Source: Methanofollis ethanolicus
Lineage (GTDB): Archaea; Halobacteriota; Methanomicrobia; Methanomicrobiales; Methanofollaceae
NCBI RefSeq assembly: GCF_001571385.1
Contig: NZ_BCNW01000001.1
Location: 2,177,470-2,209,469, forward strand
Length of the DNA: 32,000 nt
Direction: 5' to 3'
The notes beneath the pieces are model-generated. The model was not told where the DNA came from. It was given only the letters and a program-made list of their open reading frames with translations, and searched no databases. This document shows positions 18,704 through 28,000 of this stretch, one piece after another (position 1 is the stretch's first letter; every line of letters begins with the position of its first letter). The position numbers and the translations under genes were made by a program.

Positions 18704-19060
18704 GAGCATATCCCGGAAATCTCATCCACTCCCCCCATCTCTGCATGCAGGGATCGGGAGAAAAGATCCTGATCGGGTCGATGTCTTCCCGAATTCCCTG
18801 AAGAATCGTGCGAAACCACCGCCTTCCCCTACCTTTCTGCCGGGGGACTGACGCCCCCGGACCCCTTAAACAGGATAGGGTCGGGGAAGAGAGACCGGAG
18901 ATCCTGATGAAGGAGATTGCCATCCGCCCCCCATCGCAATGATGGGGGGACCGGGGGGTGAAACCCCCCGGAACAGACACGAGATCAGGATTTTTTCAGA
19001 ACCAGATACCGATCATTCCATCGACAGGACAGAGGGCATGATCACTTTTGGGATGACCTC
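18704..19060 (+). repeat. Copy B of composite intergenic repeat
   Basis: gagcatatccc...ccccccatctctgcatgcagggatcgggaga...ttccctgaagaatcgtgcgaaacca...caggatagggtcggggaagagagaccggagatcctgatgaaggag.ttgccatcc...gggatgacctc; same order as 21213-21719. Confidence 0.9.
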
Positions 19061-19854
19061 GATCTGTAGAATCGGGCATGAGTCCCCGGGGACTCAGGCA
19101 TACGCGATGAAAATTGTTCTTTGTGGTCTGCTGGTCAACGTGCCTTCCTTTACGCTCGCGCCGGGGGACTACCTCGAAGACCTTCGGTCTTCTCGTTGCC
19201 CCCAGACCCCCGCAGTGCGATAGGGCCAGGAAGGCAGATGCGGAGATTCCATCTTTGAAAGGAGATGTTCGATGAAAATCAGAGTCCCGTGCATCCCCGG
19301 CATGAGGGGTCGGTGAGATCACATCCTCACACAAACCCGGAGAGTCGTTCCTCGGGATCATTTTCAGGGTAAATCCTTTGGATTACTCTCTTTGAGGGGT
19401 TGGCCGCCCTCGAGTCAGGACCGAGCAGGAGACAGAAATACTCTCATTCGATCTTCGATATGGCCTTCCCGGCCCAATCCTATGATGGGGGTCCGGGGGT
19501 CGCAACCCCCGGCGCGAAGATAGGGGAAGGCGAGTGATCAGAGGAGCACTCTAACAAAAGCAGGAGAGTTTGGCTTTGTAGAAACTCTCATGATGTATCT
19601 TTGTGCCGGGGGCTGGCCGCCCCCGGACCCCGGCCATTAGGAGAGGCGGAGGATGGCAAAACCCTCTCTGGACCTCCTGTTCGCTCTTGTCGGGACAGGA
19701 CCCTTAAGGATCCGGGAGGTGAACCTGGCGGTCAGAGGAGGACGGGCACGGAGCACTGACCATGAAATATGAATGCCTGCGCCAGTGTCCCGCAGCAAGG
19801 ATCCGCCACCCCGACGCACACCCCTTTTATCGCCAGGCGTCCACACTATTCCCC

Positions 19855-21195
19855 ATGGCGATCCACCCGATAGACTACCGGTACGGCACTCCGGAGATGA
19901 AGGCCGTCTGGGGCGAAGAGAACCGGTTCAGGTGCATAGTGGCGGCGGAGGTCGCGCTCGCGCAGGCCGAGGCGGCGTGCGGCGTCATCCCGGCCGACGC
20001 CGCGGCGACGATCAAGGAGTGCGCGGGGAAGGCAACCCTCGCGCGGGCGAACGAGATCGAGGCCGAGATCAACCACGACATGATGGCCGTCGTCAAGGCC
20101 GTCACCGAGGTCTGCGGCGACGCCGGGCGCTGGATCCACTTCGGCGCCACCTCGAACGACATGCTGGACACCGCCACCGGCCTCCAGATGAAGGCGGCGA
20201 TGGACCTGATCGAGGAGAAACTCCAGCGGCTCCTCGCGGTCCTCCTCCGCCGCGCCGGGGAGACGAAGAACCTCGTCTGCGTGGCCCGCACCCACGGCCA
20301 GCACGGCGTGCCGACGACGTACGGCCTGCGGTTTGCGATCTGGGCGAGCGAGGTGGGGCGGCACATCGAGCGCCTCCGCGAGATGCGGCCCAGAGTTGCG
20401 GTCGGTCAACTCACCGGCGCCGTCGGGACGCAGGCGGCCCTGGGCATGAAGGGGCTTGAGGTCCAGCCCGCGATGATGGAGTACCTCGGACTCACCGCAG
20501 TCGACGTCTCGAACCAGGTGATCGCCCGCGACCGGTACGCGGAGTACGTCCTCTTCCTGGCGAACATGGCAACGACCCTGGACAAGATCGGGGTCGAGGT
20601 CCGCTCCCTCCAGAGGACAGAGATCGCCGAGGTCGAGGAGGCCTTCGGCAAGAACCAGGTCGGGTCCTCGACGATGCCCCACAAGAGGAACCCGATCAAG
20701 AGCGAGCAGGTCTGCGGCCTCGCCCGTATCGTCCGCTCGATGGTCGAACCCGCCCTCCAGGACAACACCCTCTGGGACGAGCGCGACCTCACCAACTCCT
20801 CCTGCGAGAGGGTGGTCTTCCCCGAGGCCTCGGTCCTTGCGGACCACATCCTCAATGTGATGACCCGCGTCCTCGACCGCCTGAACATCAGGGAAGAGAA
20901 CATCAGGAAGAACCTCGACCTCCTCCACGGCGTGAACCTGGCCGAGTCGGTGATGATCGAACTGACGAAGAGGGGGATGGGCAGGCAGGACGCCCACGAG
21001 GCCGTCCGCGTGGCGAGCATGACCGCCCTCGCGGAGAAGAGGAGCATCGCCGGCGTCCTCGAAGAGGACCCGAAGGTCGCGGCCGTCCTCTCCTCCGAGG
21101 AGATCGCCGTCCTTCTCAACCCGGACAACTACATCGGCACCGCGGTCGAGCAGGTCGACCTGGTCATTGCAAAACTCAGGCCCCTCTCGGCCTGA
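19855..21195 (+). CDS. purB: Adenylosuccinate lyase
   Basis: MAIHPIDYRYGTPEMK, HFGATSNDMLDTA, ARTHGQHGVPTTYGLRFA, signature GSSTMPHKRNPIKSE; longer ORF from 19762, but TATA-like ttttat at ~19825 supports ATG 19855. Confidence 0.96.
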   Translation: MAIHPIDYRYGTPEMKAVWGEENRFRCIVAAEVALAQAEAACGVIPADAAATIKECAGKATLARANEIEAEINHDMMAVVKAVTEVCGDAGRWIHFGATSNDMLDTATGLQMKAAMDLIEEKLQRLLAVLLRRAGETKNLVCVARTHGQHGVPTTYGLRFAIWASEVGRHIERLREMRPRVAVGQLTGAVGTQAALGMKGLEVQPAMMEYLGLTAVDVSNQVIARDRYAEYVLFLANMATTLDKIGVEVRSLQRTEIAEVEEAFGKNQVGSSTMPHKRNPIKSEQVCGLARIVRSMVEPALQDNTLWDERDLTNSSCERVVFPEASVLADHILNVMTRVLDRLNIREENIRKNLDLLHGVNLAESVMIELTKRGMGRQDAHEAVRVASMTALAEKRSIAGVLEEDPKVAAVLSSEEIAVLLNPDNYIGTAVEQVDLVIAKLRPLSA

Positions 21196-21201
21196 AAAAT
21201 C

Positions 21202-21208
21202 TTTTTTT
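21202..21208 (+). terminator. Oligo-T terminator candidate after purB
   Basis: T7 run 7 nt after purB stop. Confidence 0.45.
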
Positions 21209-21212
21209 CACG

Positions 21213-21719
21213 GAGCATATCCCAGAACTCTCGTTCATTCCCCCCATCTCTGCATGCAGGGATCGGGAGAGAATATCATGATCTGGTCGATATCTTCCTG
21301 AATTCCCTGAAGAATCGTGCGAAACCACTGCCTTCCCCCACCACTCTACCGGGGGACTGACGCCGAAAATCAGAGATTTTCTCGACTCCCTCCGGTCGTT
21401 CCCCGAAACAGGATAGGGTCGGGGAAGAGAGACCGGAGATCCTGATGAAGGAGGTTGCCATCCACCCCCTATCGCAATGATGGGGGGTGCGAGCGTTAGC
21501 GAGCATGAGAAGACGAAGTCTTCGAGACCGGGGGGAGGGAGCGATAGCGACCGTGAGAAAACCGTAGGTTTTCGAGTGGCGAACGCAGGGAGCCAAGAAG
21601 ACCCATCGGGTCTTCGCTGAAACCCCCCGGACAAGACGCCAGAACGGGATTTTTCAGAACCGAATGTGAGCCCTTTCATCGGCGTGCATGAAGGTTCGGA
21701 TCAGTTCTGGGATGACCTC
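21213..21719 (+). repeat. Copy C of composite intergenic repeat, with extra hairpin modules inserted
   Basis: Collinear with copy B plus two extra blocks: hairpin module near 21364-21405 and a roughly 130-nt array at about 21488-21617. Confidence 0.9.
21489..21616 (+). repeat. Tandem array of three REP-like hairpin elements
   Basis: GAAGAC-GAA-GTCTTC (21509-21523), GAAAACC-GTA-GGTTTTC (21557-21573), GAAGACCC-ATC-GGGTCTTC (21597-21615); first two preceded by GAGCG-NN-AGCGA. Confidence 0.8.
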
Positions 21720-21723
21720 ACGC

Positions 21724-21731
21724 AAAAAAAA
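21724..21731 (-). terminator. Oligo-T terminator for the 21739-24708 gene
   Basis: Minus-strand ...TAAAATCCTCTTTTTTTTGCG just past the stop; same flank after the paralog at ~25011-25020. Confidence 0.5.
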
Positions 21732-21738
21732 GAGGATT

Positions 21739-24708
21739 TTATCCCAGCCTCCCCCTGAGGAGGAGGGCGGCACCGGCCGCGAGGACGGCAAGCCCGAAGG
21801 GGAGGGGGCTCTGCTGCGGGGTGGTCGTCGCCGCGGCGGCGGGGGTCGTGACCGGGAGTGCGGTCGCGGTCCCGGTCGGCGTCACGGTCATGGTCGCCGT
21901 CGGCGCGGGTCCGGACTCCCCGGCCCCGATCGCGAAGAGGGAGAAACCGGGGCTCTCGGCGGTGAAGGAGTAGCCGTACGCGTCCTCGCCGACGATACGG
22001 GTCGGGAGGGCGTGCCAGGCGTCGTCGTGGTACCGGTAGAGCACGACGTCCTCAGGCGCGAAGCCCCTCGCGTCCAGCCATGCCTTCGGGACGGTGAAGT
22101 TCAGGGACGCACCCGCGAGGGCGGCGTCCGTGGCGCGGTAGAGAGTCACCTCGTCGTACTCAAAGACCGCACCTGCCGGGGCGTCGACGCCCGAGGGCAG
22201 GCTTCCCTTCTCCACGGTGAGGAGGACTTCAGGGATATGCTCCCCGGCCGTCACGCCGACCTCATAGATCGCGGAGTTCCTGATGCCGAAGGAGGCGTGG
22301 CCGCCTGCCGGGATGTTGCTCGCCGTACCGGCAGAGACGTCGGAGCGACCGCCGCCGGAACCGCCTGAACTGGGGGTCGGCACGGTCTGGAGGGCGAAGG
22401 AAAGGGGCGTGTTCGGGCCCTCGACGACCGTCACCGTCTGTTCGGCCGGGGTCACGTAGCCTGCGAGGGAGACGGTGATCGTGTGGACGCCGGGCGGGAG
22501 GTAGAGGGCGGCGTCCGTGGTGCGGTCGATCGCCACGCCGTCCAGGTGGACGGACGCACCGGTGGGCGTCGATGAGACCTGCACCGTCCCGCCGTACACC
22601 AGCGGGAGGGCGTCGGTGCCGAAGCCCGTGATGTTCAGCGGTTCGTCGCAGATGCCGTCGAAGTCGGCGTCCGCACCCCACTCCGAGATGTTCTGGGCGG
22701 GGTCATTCAGCCAGAGGTTGCCGCCGAGGTACGGCCCGCCCGCGATGTTCGTGCCGGCAGTGCGGGTGGCGTTCAGGACGGCGTCGGATTCCTCTGCATA
22801 GATGTTGGTGGGGTTGTCGAAGCGGCAGTTGGTGATGACGGCACCGGCGGACCTGTCGAAGAATGCACCGCCGCCGTTCATTGCCGTGTTGTTCGTGAAG
22901 GTCATGTCCGTCAGTCTGGCATTGGCGGACCAGAGGAAGAACGCACCGCCGCCGTTCATTGCCGTGTTGTTCGTGAAGGTCGTGCCCGTCAGGGCGGCAT
23001 TGTCAGACCAGAGGAAGAACGCACCGCCGCCGTCGTTCGTTGCCGTGTTGTCCTCAAAGGTCGTGTCTGTCAGGGTGACATTGAAGGAACTGTAGAAATA
23101 CGCACCGCCACCGCCATTTGCCGTGTTGTCCTCAAAGGTCGTGTCCGTCAGGGCGGCATTGTCGGACAGGAGGAAGAACGCACCGCCACCGCCACTTGCC
23201 GTGTTGTTCTCAAAGGTCGTGTCTGTCAGGGTGGCATCGGCGGAAGTGTCGAAGTACGCACCGCCGCCGCCAGCGTTTGCCGTGTTGTTCGCAAAGGTCG
23301 TGCCCGTCAGGGCGGCATTGGCGGAATCAGCGAACCACACACCGCCACCATAATATGTTGCCGTGTTGTTCGCAAAGGCCGTGTCTGTCAGGGTGGCATT
23401 GTCGGAACCTCGGAAGAACGCACCGCCGCCGAAGTTCGTTGCCGTGTTGTCCTCAAAGGTCGTGCCCGTCAGGGTGGCATCGGCGGAAGTGTCGAAGAAC
23501 GCACCGCCGCCGTACGATGTTGCCGTGTTGTTCGTGAAGGTCGTGCCCGCCAGGGCGGCACTGGAGGAACCGGTGAAGTACGCACCGCCGCCGTCGTTGT
23601 TTGCCGTGTTGTTCGCAAAGGCCGTGTCTGTCAGGGTGGCACCGGCGGACCTGTCGAAGTACGCACCGCCGCCGTACGATGTTGCCGTGTTGTTCGCAAA
23701 GGCCGTGTCTGTCAGGGTGGCATTGTCGGAGGTCTGGAAATACGCACCGCCGCCGTACGATGTTGCCGTGTTGTTCGTGAAGGTCGCGTTTGTCAGGGCG
23801 GCATCGGCGGAAGCTTCGAAGTACGCACCGCCACCGCCGCCCGCTGCTGCCGTGTTGTTCGTGAAGGTCGCGCCCGCCAGGGCGGCATTGGGGGAATCAG
23901 CGAAGTACGCACCGCCACCGTTCATTGCCGTGTTGTTCGCAAAGGTCGTGCCCGTCAGGGCGGCACCGGAGGAACCGGTGAAGTACGCACCGCCGCCGTT
24001 GTTCGTTACCGTGTTGTTCGTGAAGGTCGTGCCCGTCAGTCTGGCACCGGAGGAACAGGAGAAATACGCACCGCCGCCGCCGTTCGGTGCCGTGTTGTTC
24101 GTGAAGGTCGTGTCCGTCAGGGCGACATTGGCGGAATCATGGAAACACGCACCGCCGCCAGAGTTTGCCGTGTTGCCGGTGAACGCCGTCCTCTCGACCA
24201 GGAGGTGGTCGACGCTCTCGGCATAGAGCGCACCGCCGAAACCAGGGCCCCCGTTCCCGACAAAGGTGCAGTCGGCGATGGTGAGGCCCTGAATCCCGGC
24301 GGCGTTGATCCCGGCGCCGCCACCAGAGATCAACGTGTTCCTGGAGATGTTAAGGCCGCGGAAGGTGGCGTTGTCCGCGGTGACGGTGAACGCCCGGGCA
24401 GTACCGGAGATGAGGGGTTGGGCGGGCGACCCGTCCCAGCGCGTGACCGTCACATCCGGTGCGGCGATGGTGATCCCGCCCTCGTACACCTGGCCCTCCA
24501 CGCCCCAGATGCGGATCGTGTCGCCGGCGCCGATCTCCGGGATATCCAGAAGACCGGTGAGGTTCTCCGCCCCCGCCACCACGGAAATATTCCAGGTGTG
24601 AGGGTGGTCGATCGCCGCGGAAGCGGCCGCGGGGAGGAGGAGACATCCCGCAAGAAGGCACAGCACTGCGAGTCTGGCCATACTGTCGTGCATATGATCT
24701 GCAATCAT
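21739..24708 (-). CDS. Exported cell-surface protein: signal peptide, parallel beta-helix repeats, PEGA domain, PGF-pre-PGF-like domain, C-terminal membrane segment
   Basis: LAVLCLLAGCLLLPAAASA signal; repeated TFTNNTAxNGGGAYFxxSxxAALTGT; VQVSSTPTGASVHLDGVAIDRTTDAALYLPPGVHTITVSLAGY; VVLYRYHDDAWHALPTRIVGEDAYGYSFTAESPGFSLFAIGA; SPLPFGLAVLAAGAALLLRGRLG. ORF extends to 24783; Met at 24708 aligns with the paralog start. Confidence 0.88.
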   Translation of the reverse strand: MIADHMHDSMARLAVLCLLAGCLLLPAAASAAIDHPHTWNISVVAGAENLTGLLDIPEIGAGDTIRIWGVEGQVYEGGITIAAPDVTVTRWDGSPAQPLISGTARAFTVTADNATFRGLNISRNTLISGGGAGINAAGIQGLTIADCTFVGNGGPGFGGALYAESVDHLLVERTAFTGNTANSGGGACFHDSANVALTDTTFTNNTAPNGGGGAYFSCSSGARLTGTTFTNNTVTNNGGGAYFTGSSGAALTGTTFANNTAMNGGGAYFADSPNAALAGATFTNNTAAAGGGGGAYFEASADAALTNATFTNNTATSYGGGAYFQTSDNATLTDTAFANNTATSYGGGAYFDRSAGATLTDTAFANNTANNDGGGAYFTGSSSAALAGTTFTNNTATSYGGGAFFDTSADATLTGTTFEDNTATNFGGGAFFRGSDNATLTDTAFANNTATYYGGGVWFADSANAALTGTTFANNTANAGGGGAYFDTSADATLTDTTFENNTASGGGGAFFLLSDNAALTDTTFEDNTANGGGGAYFYSSFNVTLTDTTFEDNTATNDGGGAFFLWSDNAALTGTTFTNNTAMNGGGAFFLWSANARLTDMTFTNNTAMNGGGAFFDRSAGAVITNCRFDNPTNIYAEESDAVLNATRTAGTNIAGGPYLGGNLWLNDPAQNISEWGADADFDGICDEPLNITGFGTDALPLVYGGTVQVSSTPTGASVHLDGVAIDRTTDAALYLPPGVHTITVSLAGYVTPAEQTVTVVEGPNTPLSFALQTVPTPSSGGSGGGRSDVSAGTASNIPAGGHASFGIRNSAIYEVGVTAGEHIPEVLLTVEKGSLPSGVDAPAGAVFEYDEVTLYRATDAALAGASLNFTVPKAWLDARGFAPEDVVLYRYHDDAWHALPTRIVGEDAYGYSFTAESPGFSLFAIGAGESGPAPTATMTVTPTGTATALPVTTPAAAATTTPQQSPLPFGLAVLAAGAALLLRGRLG
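22810..24370 (-). repeat. About 81-bp (27-aa) tandem degenerate repeat encoding beta-helix rungs
   Basis: Recurring complementary motif gcaccgccgccg...gccgtgttgttcgNgaaggtcgtg with about 81-bp period. Confidence 0.85.
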
Positions 24709-25024
24709 AATCCTTCGCATCGTCCCGCCCATTCTTTTACGGGCACAAACTGATTTTTTTATAATGATCAGTTTGTATATCAAATCTGCGAAGTAAAAAT
24801 CATAATATGTGAGAACTGATATCTGCCCATTCGTGCAGGCCGGTTCCGGGGGGGCATGTGCGGGTTTTCTCTTTCATCCGGGAGAGGGGCGGACCGGACG
24901 AGGCGCCGGAGGCCTCGGAGACGGCGCGCACAGTGAAGACACCGCCATACCTGCATCGAAAAGGACGTATCATACCGAAAATTCGGTTCAGGAGTGATTC
25001 TCCAGATCCAGAAAAAAAAGGATT

Positions 25025-28000
25025 TTATCCCAGCCTCCCCCTGAGGAGGAGGGCGGCACCGGCCGCGAGGACGGCAAGCCCGAAGGGGAGGGGGCTCTGC
25101 TGCGGGGTGGTCGTCGCCGCTGCGGCGGGGGTCGTGACCGGGAGTGCGGTCGCGGTTGCGGTCGGCGTCACGGTTGCGGTCGGCGCGGGCCCGGACTCCC
25201 CGGCCCCGATCGCGAAGAGGGAGAAACCGGGGCTCTCGGCGGTGAAGGAGTAGCCGTACGCGTCCTCGCCGACGATACGGGTCGGGAGGGCGTGCCAGGC
25301 GCCGTCGTGGTACCGGTAGAGCACCACATTTTCAGGCGCGAAGCCCCTCGCGTCCAGCCAGGACTTCGGGACGGTGAAGTTCAGGGACGCACCCGCGAGG
25401 GCGGCGTCCGTGGTGCGGTAGAGTGTCACCTCGTCGTACTCATAGACCGCACCGGCCGGGGCGTCGACGCCCGAGGGCAGGCTTCCCTTCTCCACGGTGA
25501 GGAGGACTTCAGGGATCTGCTCGCCTGCCGTCACGCCCACCTCGGAGATCGCGGAGTTCCTGATGCCGAAGGAGGCGTGGCCGCCTGTCGGGATGTTGCT
25601 CGCCGTACCGGCCGAGACATCGGAGTGACCGCTGCCGGAACCGCCGGGACTGGGGGAGACGGGGGTTGTGACGGCGATGTTTGCAGTGGAGGTGTCGTTC
25701 CCATAGACATTTCCAACGGTCAGCCTGACGGTGTAGGTCCCGGCACTCACGTAAGTATGAGTCAGGTTCTGCTCAATTGAGGTGGTGCCGTCGCCGAAGT
25801 CCCAGAGCCGGGCGGTGATGTTCCCGGTCGACGCGTCGGTGAAGGTGACGTTCAGGGGAGCATTGCCTCCGGTCGGGGTGACGGTGAAATCCGCCACCGG
25901 TGCCGGGAGGACGCGGACGGCATCGGTGACCGTGGAGACGTTGAAGCTGTAGGCGTTGCTCGCGTTCAGGGAGACGGTGTACGTGCCGGGGGTCACATAC
26001 TCGTGCGACGGGTTCTTTTCGGACGAGACGTTCCCGTCGCCGAAGTCCCATGCCCACGCCGTGACGTCCCCGGTCGACGCGTCGGTGAAGGTGACGGTCA
26101 GGGGAGCGTTCCCTTCCTCTGTACTCTGCGTGAAGTTCGCCGTCGGCGGTGTCAGGATGCGAACCGTTGAATCAGAGACGTTGAACCCGTACGCGTTGCT
26201 CGCGTTCAGCCGGACGGTGTAGGTGCCGGCGGTCACATACTCGTGCGACGGGTTCTTTTCGGACGAGACATTCCCGTCGTCGAAGTCCCACGCCCATGCC
26301 GTGACGTTGCCGGTCGACGCGTCGGTGAAGGCGACGGTCAGAGGTGCATTGCCTCCGGTCGGCGTGACGGTGAAATCCGCCACCGGTGCCGGGAGGATGC
26401 GAACCGTTGAATCAGAGACGTTGAACCCGTACGCGTTGCTCGCGTTCAGCCGGACGGTGTACGTGCCGGGGGTCACATACTCGTGCGACGGGTTCTTTTC
26501 GGACGAGACATTCCCGTCGTCGAAGTCCCACGCCCACGCCGTGACGTTCCCCGTCGACGCGTCGGTGAAGGCGACGGTCAGAGGTGCATTGCCTCCGGTC
26601 GGCGTGACGGTGAAATCCGCCACCGGTGCCGGGAGGACGCGGACGGTCGCATCAGAGAGGCTGAACCCGTACGCGTTGCTTGCGTTCAGCCGGACGGTGT
26701 ACGTGCCGGGGGTCACATACTCATGCGACGGGTTCTTTTCGGACGAGACGTTCCCGTCGCCGAAGTCCCATGCCCATGCCGTCACGTTGCCGGTCGACGC
26801 GTCGGTGAAGGCGACGGTCAGCGGGGCATTGCCTTCGCCGGTGCTCTGCGTGAAGTTCGCCAGAGGCGGCGGGAGGATGCGAACCGTCGCATCAGAGAGG
26901 CTGAACCCGTACGCATTGCTTGCGTTCAGCCGGACGGTGTACGTGCCGGGGGTCACATACTCGTGCGACGGGTTCTTTTCGGACGAGACATTCCCGTCGC
27001 CGAAGTCCCACGCCCATGCCGTGACGTTCCCGGTCGACGCGTCGGTGAAGGCGACGGTCAGCGGAGCGTTCCCTCCGGTCGGCGTGACGGTGAAATCCGC
27101 CACCGGTGCCGGGAGGACGCGGACGGCATCGGTGACCATGGAGACGTTGAACCTGTAGGCGTTGCTCGCGTTCAGGGAGACGGTGTAGGTCCCGGCGCTC
27201 GCGTAGATGTGGTTCGGGTTCTGCTCGGTCGAGGTGGTGCCGTCGCCGAAGTCCCAGAGCCAGGCGGTCACGTCCCCGGTGGAGGTATCGGAGAAGGTGG
27301 CGGTCAGGGGAGCGTTGCCTCCGGTCGGCGTGAAGGTGAAGTCTGCGGCCGGCAGTTCGAGGACGGTGATGGTCACGTCCTCAATCGTACCGGCAGTGAC
27401 GCCGACCGTCGCCCTCCCGTAGGCCGTCGCACCGACCACTTCAAGGGTGTGGTTGCCGGCGAGGAGGTAGAAGGCGTTGTTTGTAGTGCGGGTGGTGTTC
27501 GTGCCGTCGACGAAGACAAAACCGCCGGTGGGCGTCGATGAGACCTGCACCGTCCCGCCGTACACCAGCGGGAGGGCGTCGGTGCCGAAGCCCGTGATGG
27601 TCAGCGGTTCGTCACAGATGCCGTCGAAGTCGGCGTCGGCACCCCACTCCGAGATGTTCCGGGCGGGGTCATTCAGCCAGAGGTTGCCGCCGAGGTACGG
27701 CCCGCCCGCGATGTTCGTGCCGGCGGTGCGGGTGGCGTTCAGGACGGCGGCGGACCCCTCTGCATAGATGTTGGTGGGGTTGTCGAAGCGGCAGTTGGTG
27801 ATGACGGCACCGGTGGAATCGACGAAATACGCACCGCCGCCGTTCTGTGCTGCCGTGTTGTCTGTGAAGGCCGTGTCTGTCAGGGCGGCATCGGCGGAAC
27901 TGGAGAAGTACGCACCGCCGCCGTCATTGTTTGCCGTGTTGTTCGTGAAGGTGGTGTCCGTCAGGGCGGCATCGGCGGAATTGATGAAGTACGCACCGCC

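Noticed and set aside
18690-18980. Small minus-strand ORF (MSVPGGFTPRSPHHCDGG...) and its relative in 21276-21596
   Set aside because: Their similarity comes from the shared intergenic repeat; the frames are not conserved end to end, so they are not supported as proteins.
22517-24753. Multiple plus-strand ORFs (22802-23095, 23118-23537, 23363-24226, 24139-24753) antisense to the first surface protein
   Set aside because: They mirror the 81-bp repeats (APPPxxAVLFxKVVxVRxA, CCSQRSCPSGRH) and have no independent start/RBS or domain logic; GC-rich repetitive DNA keeps antisense frames open.
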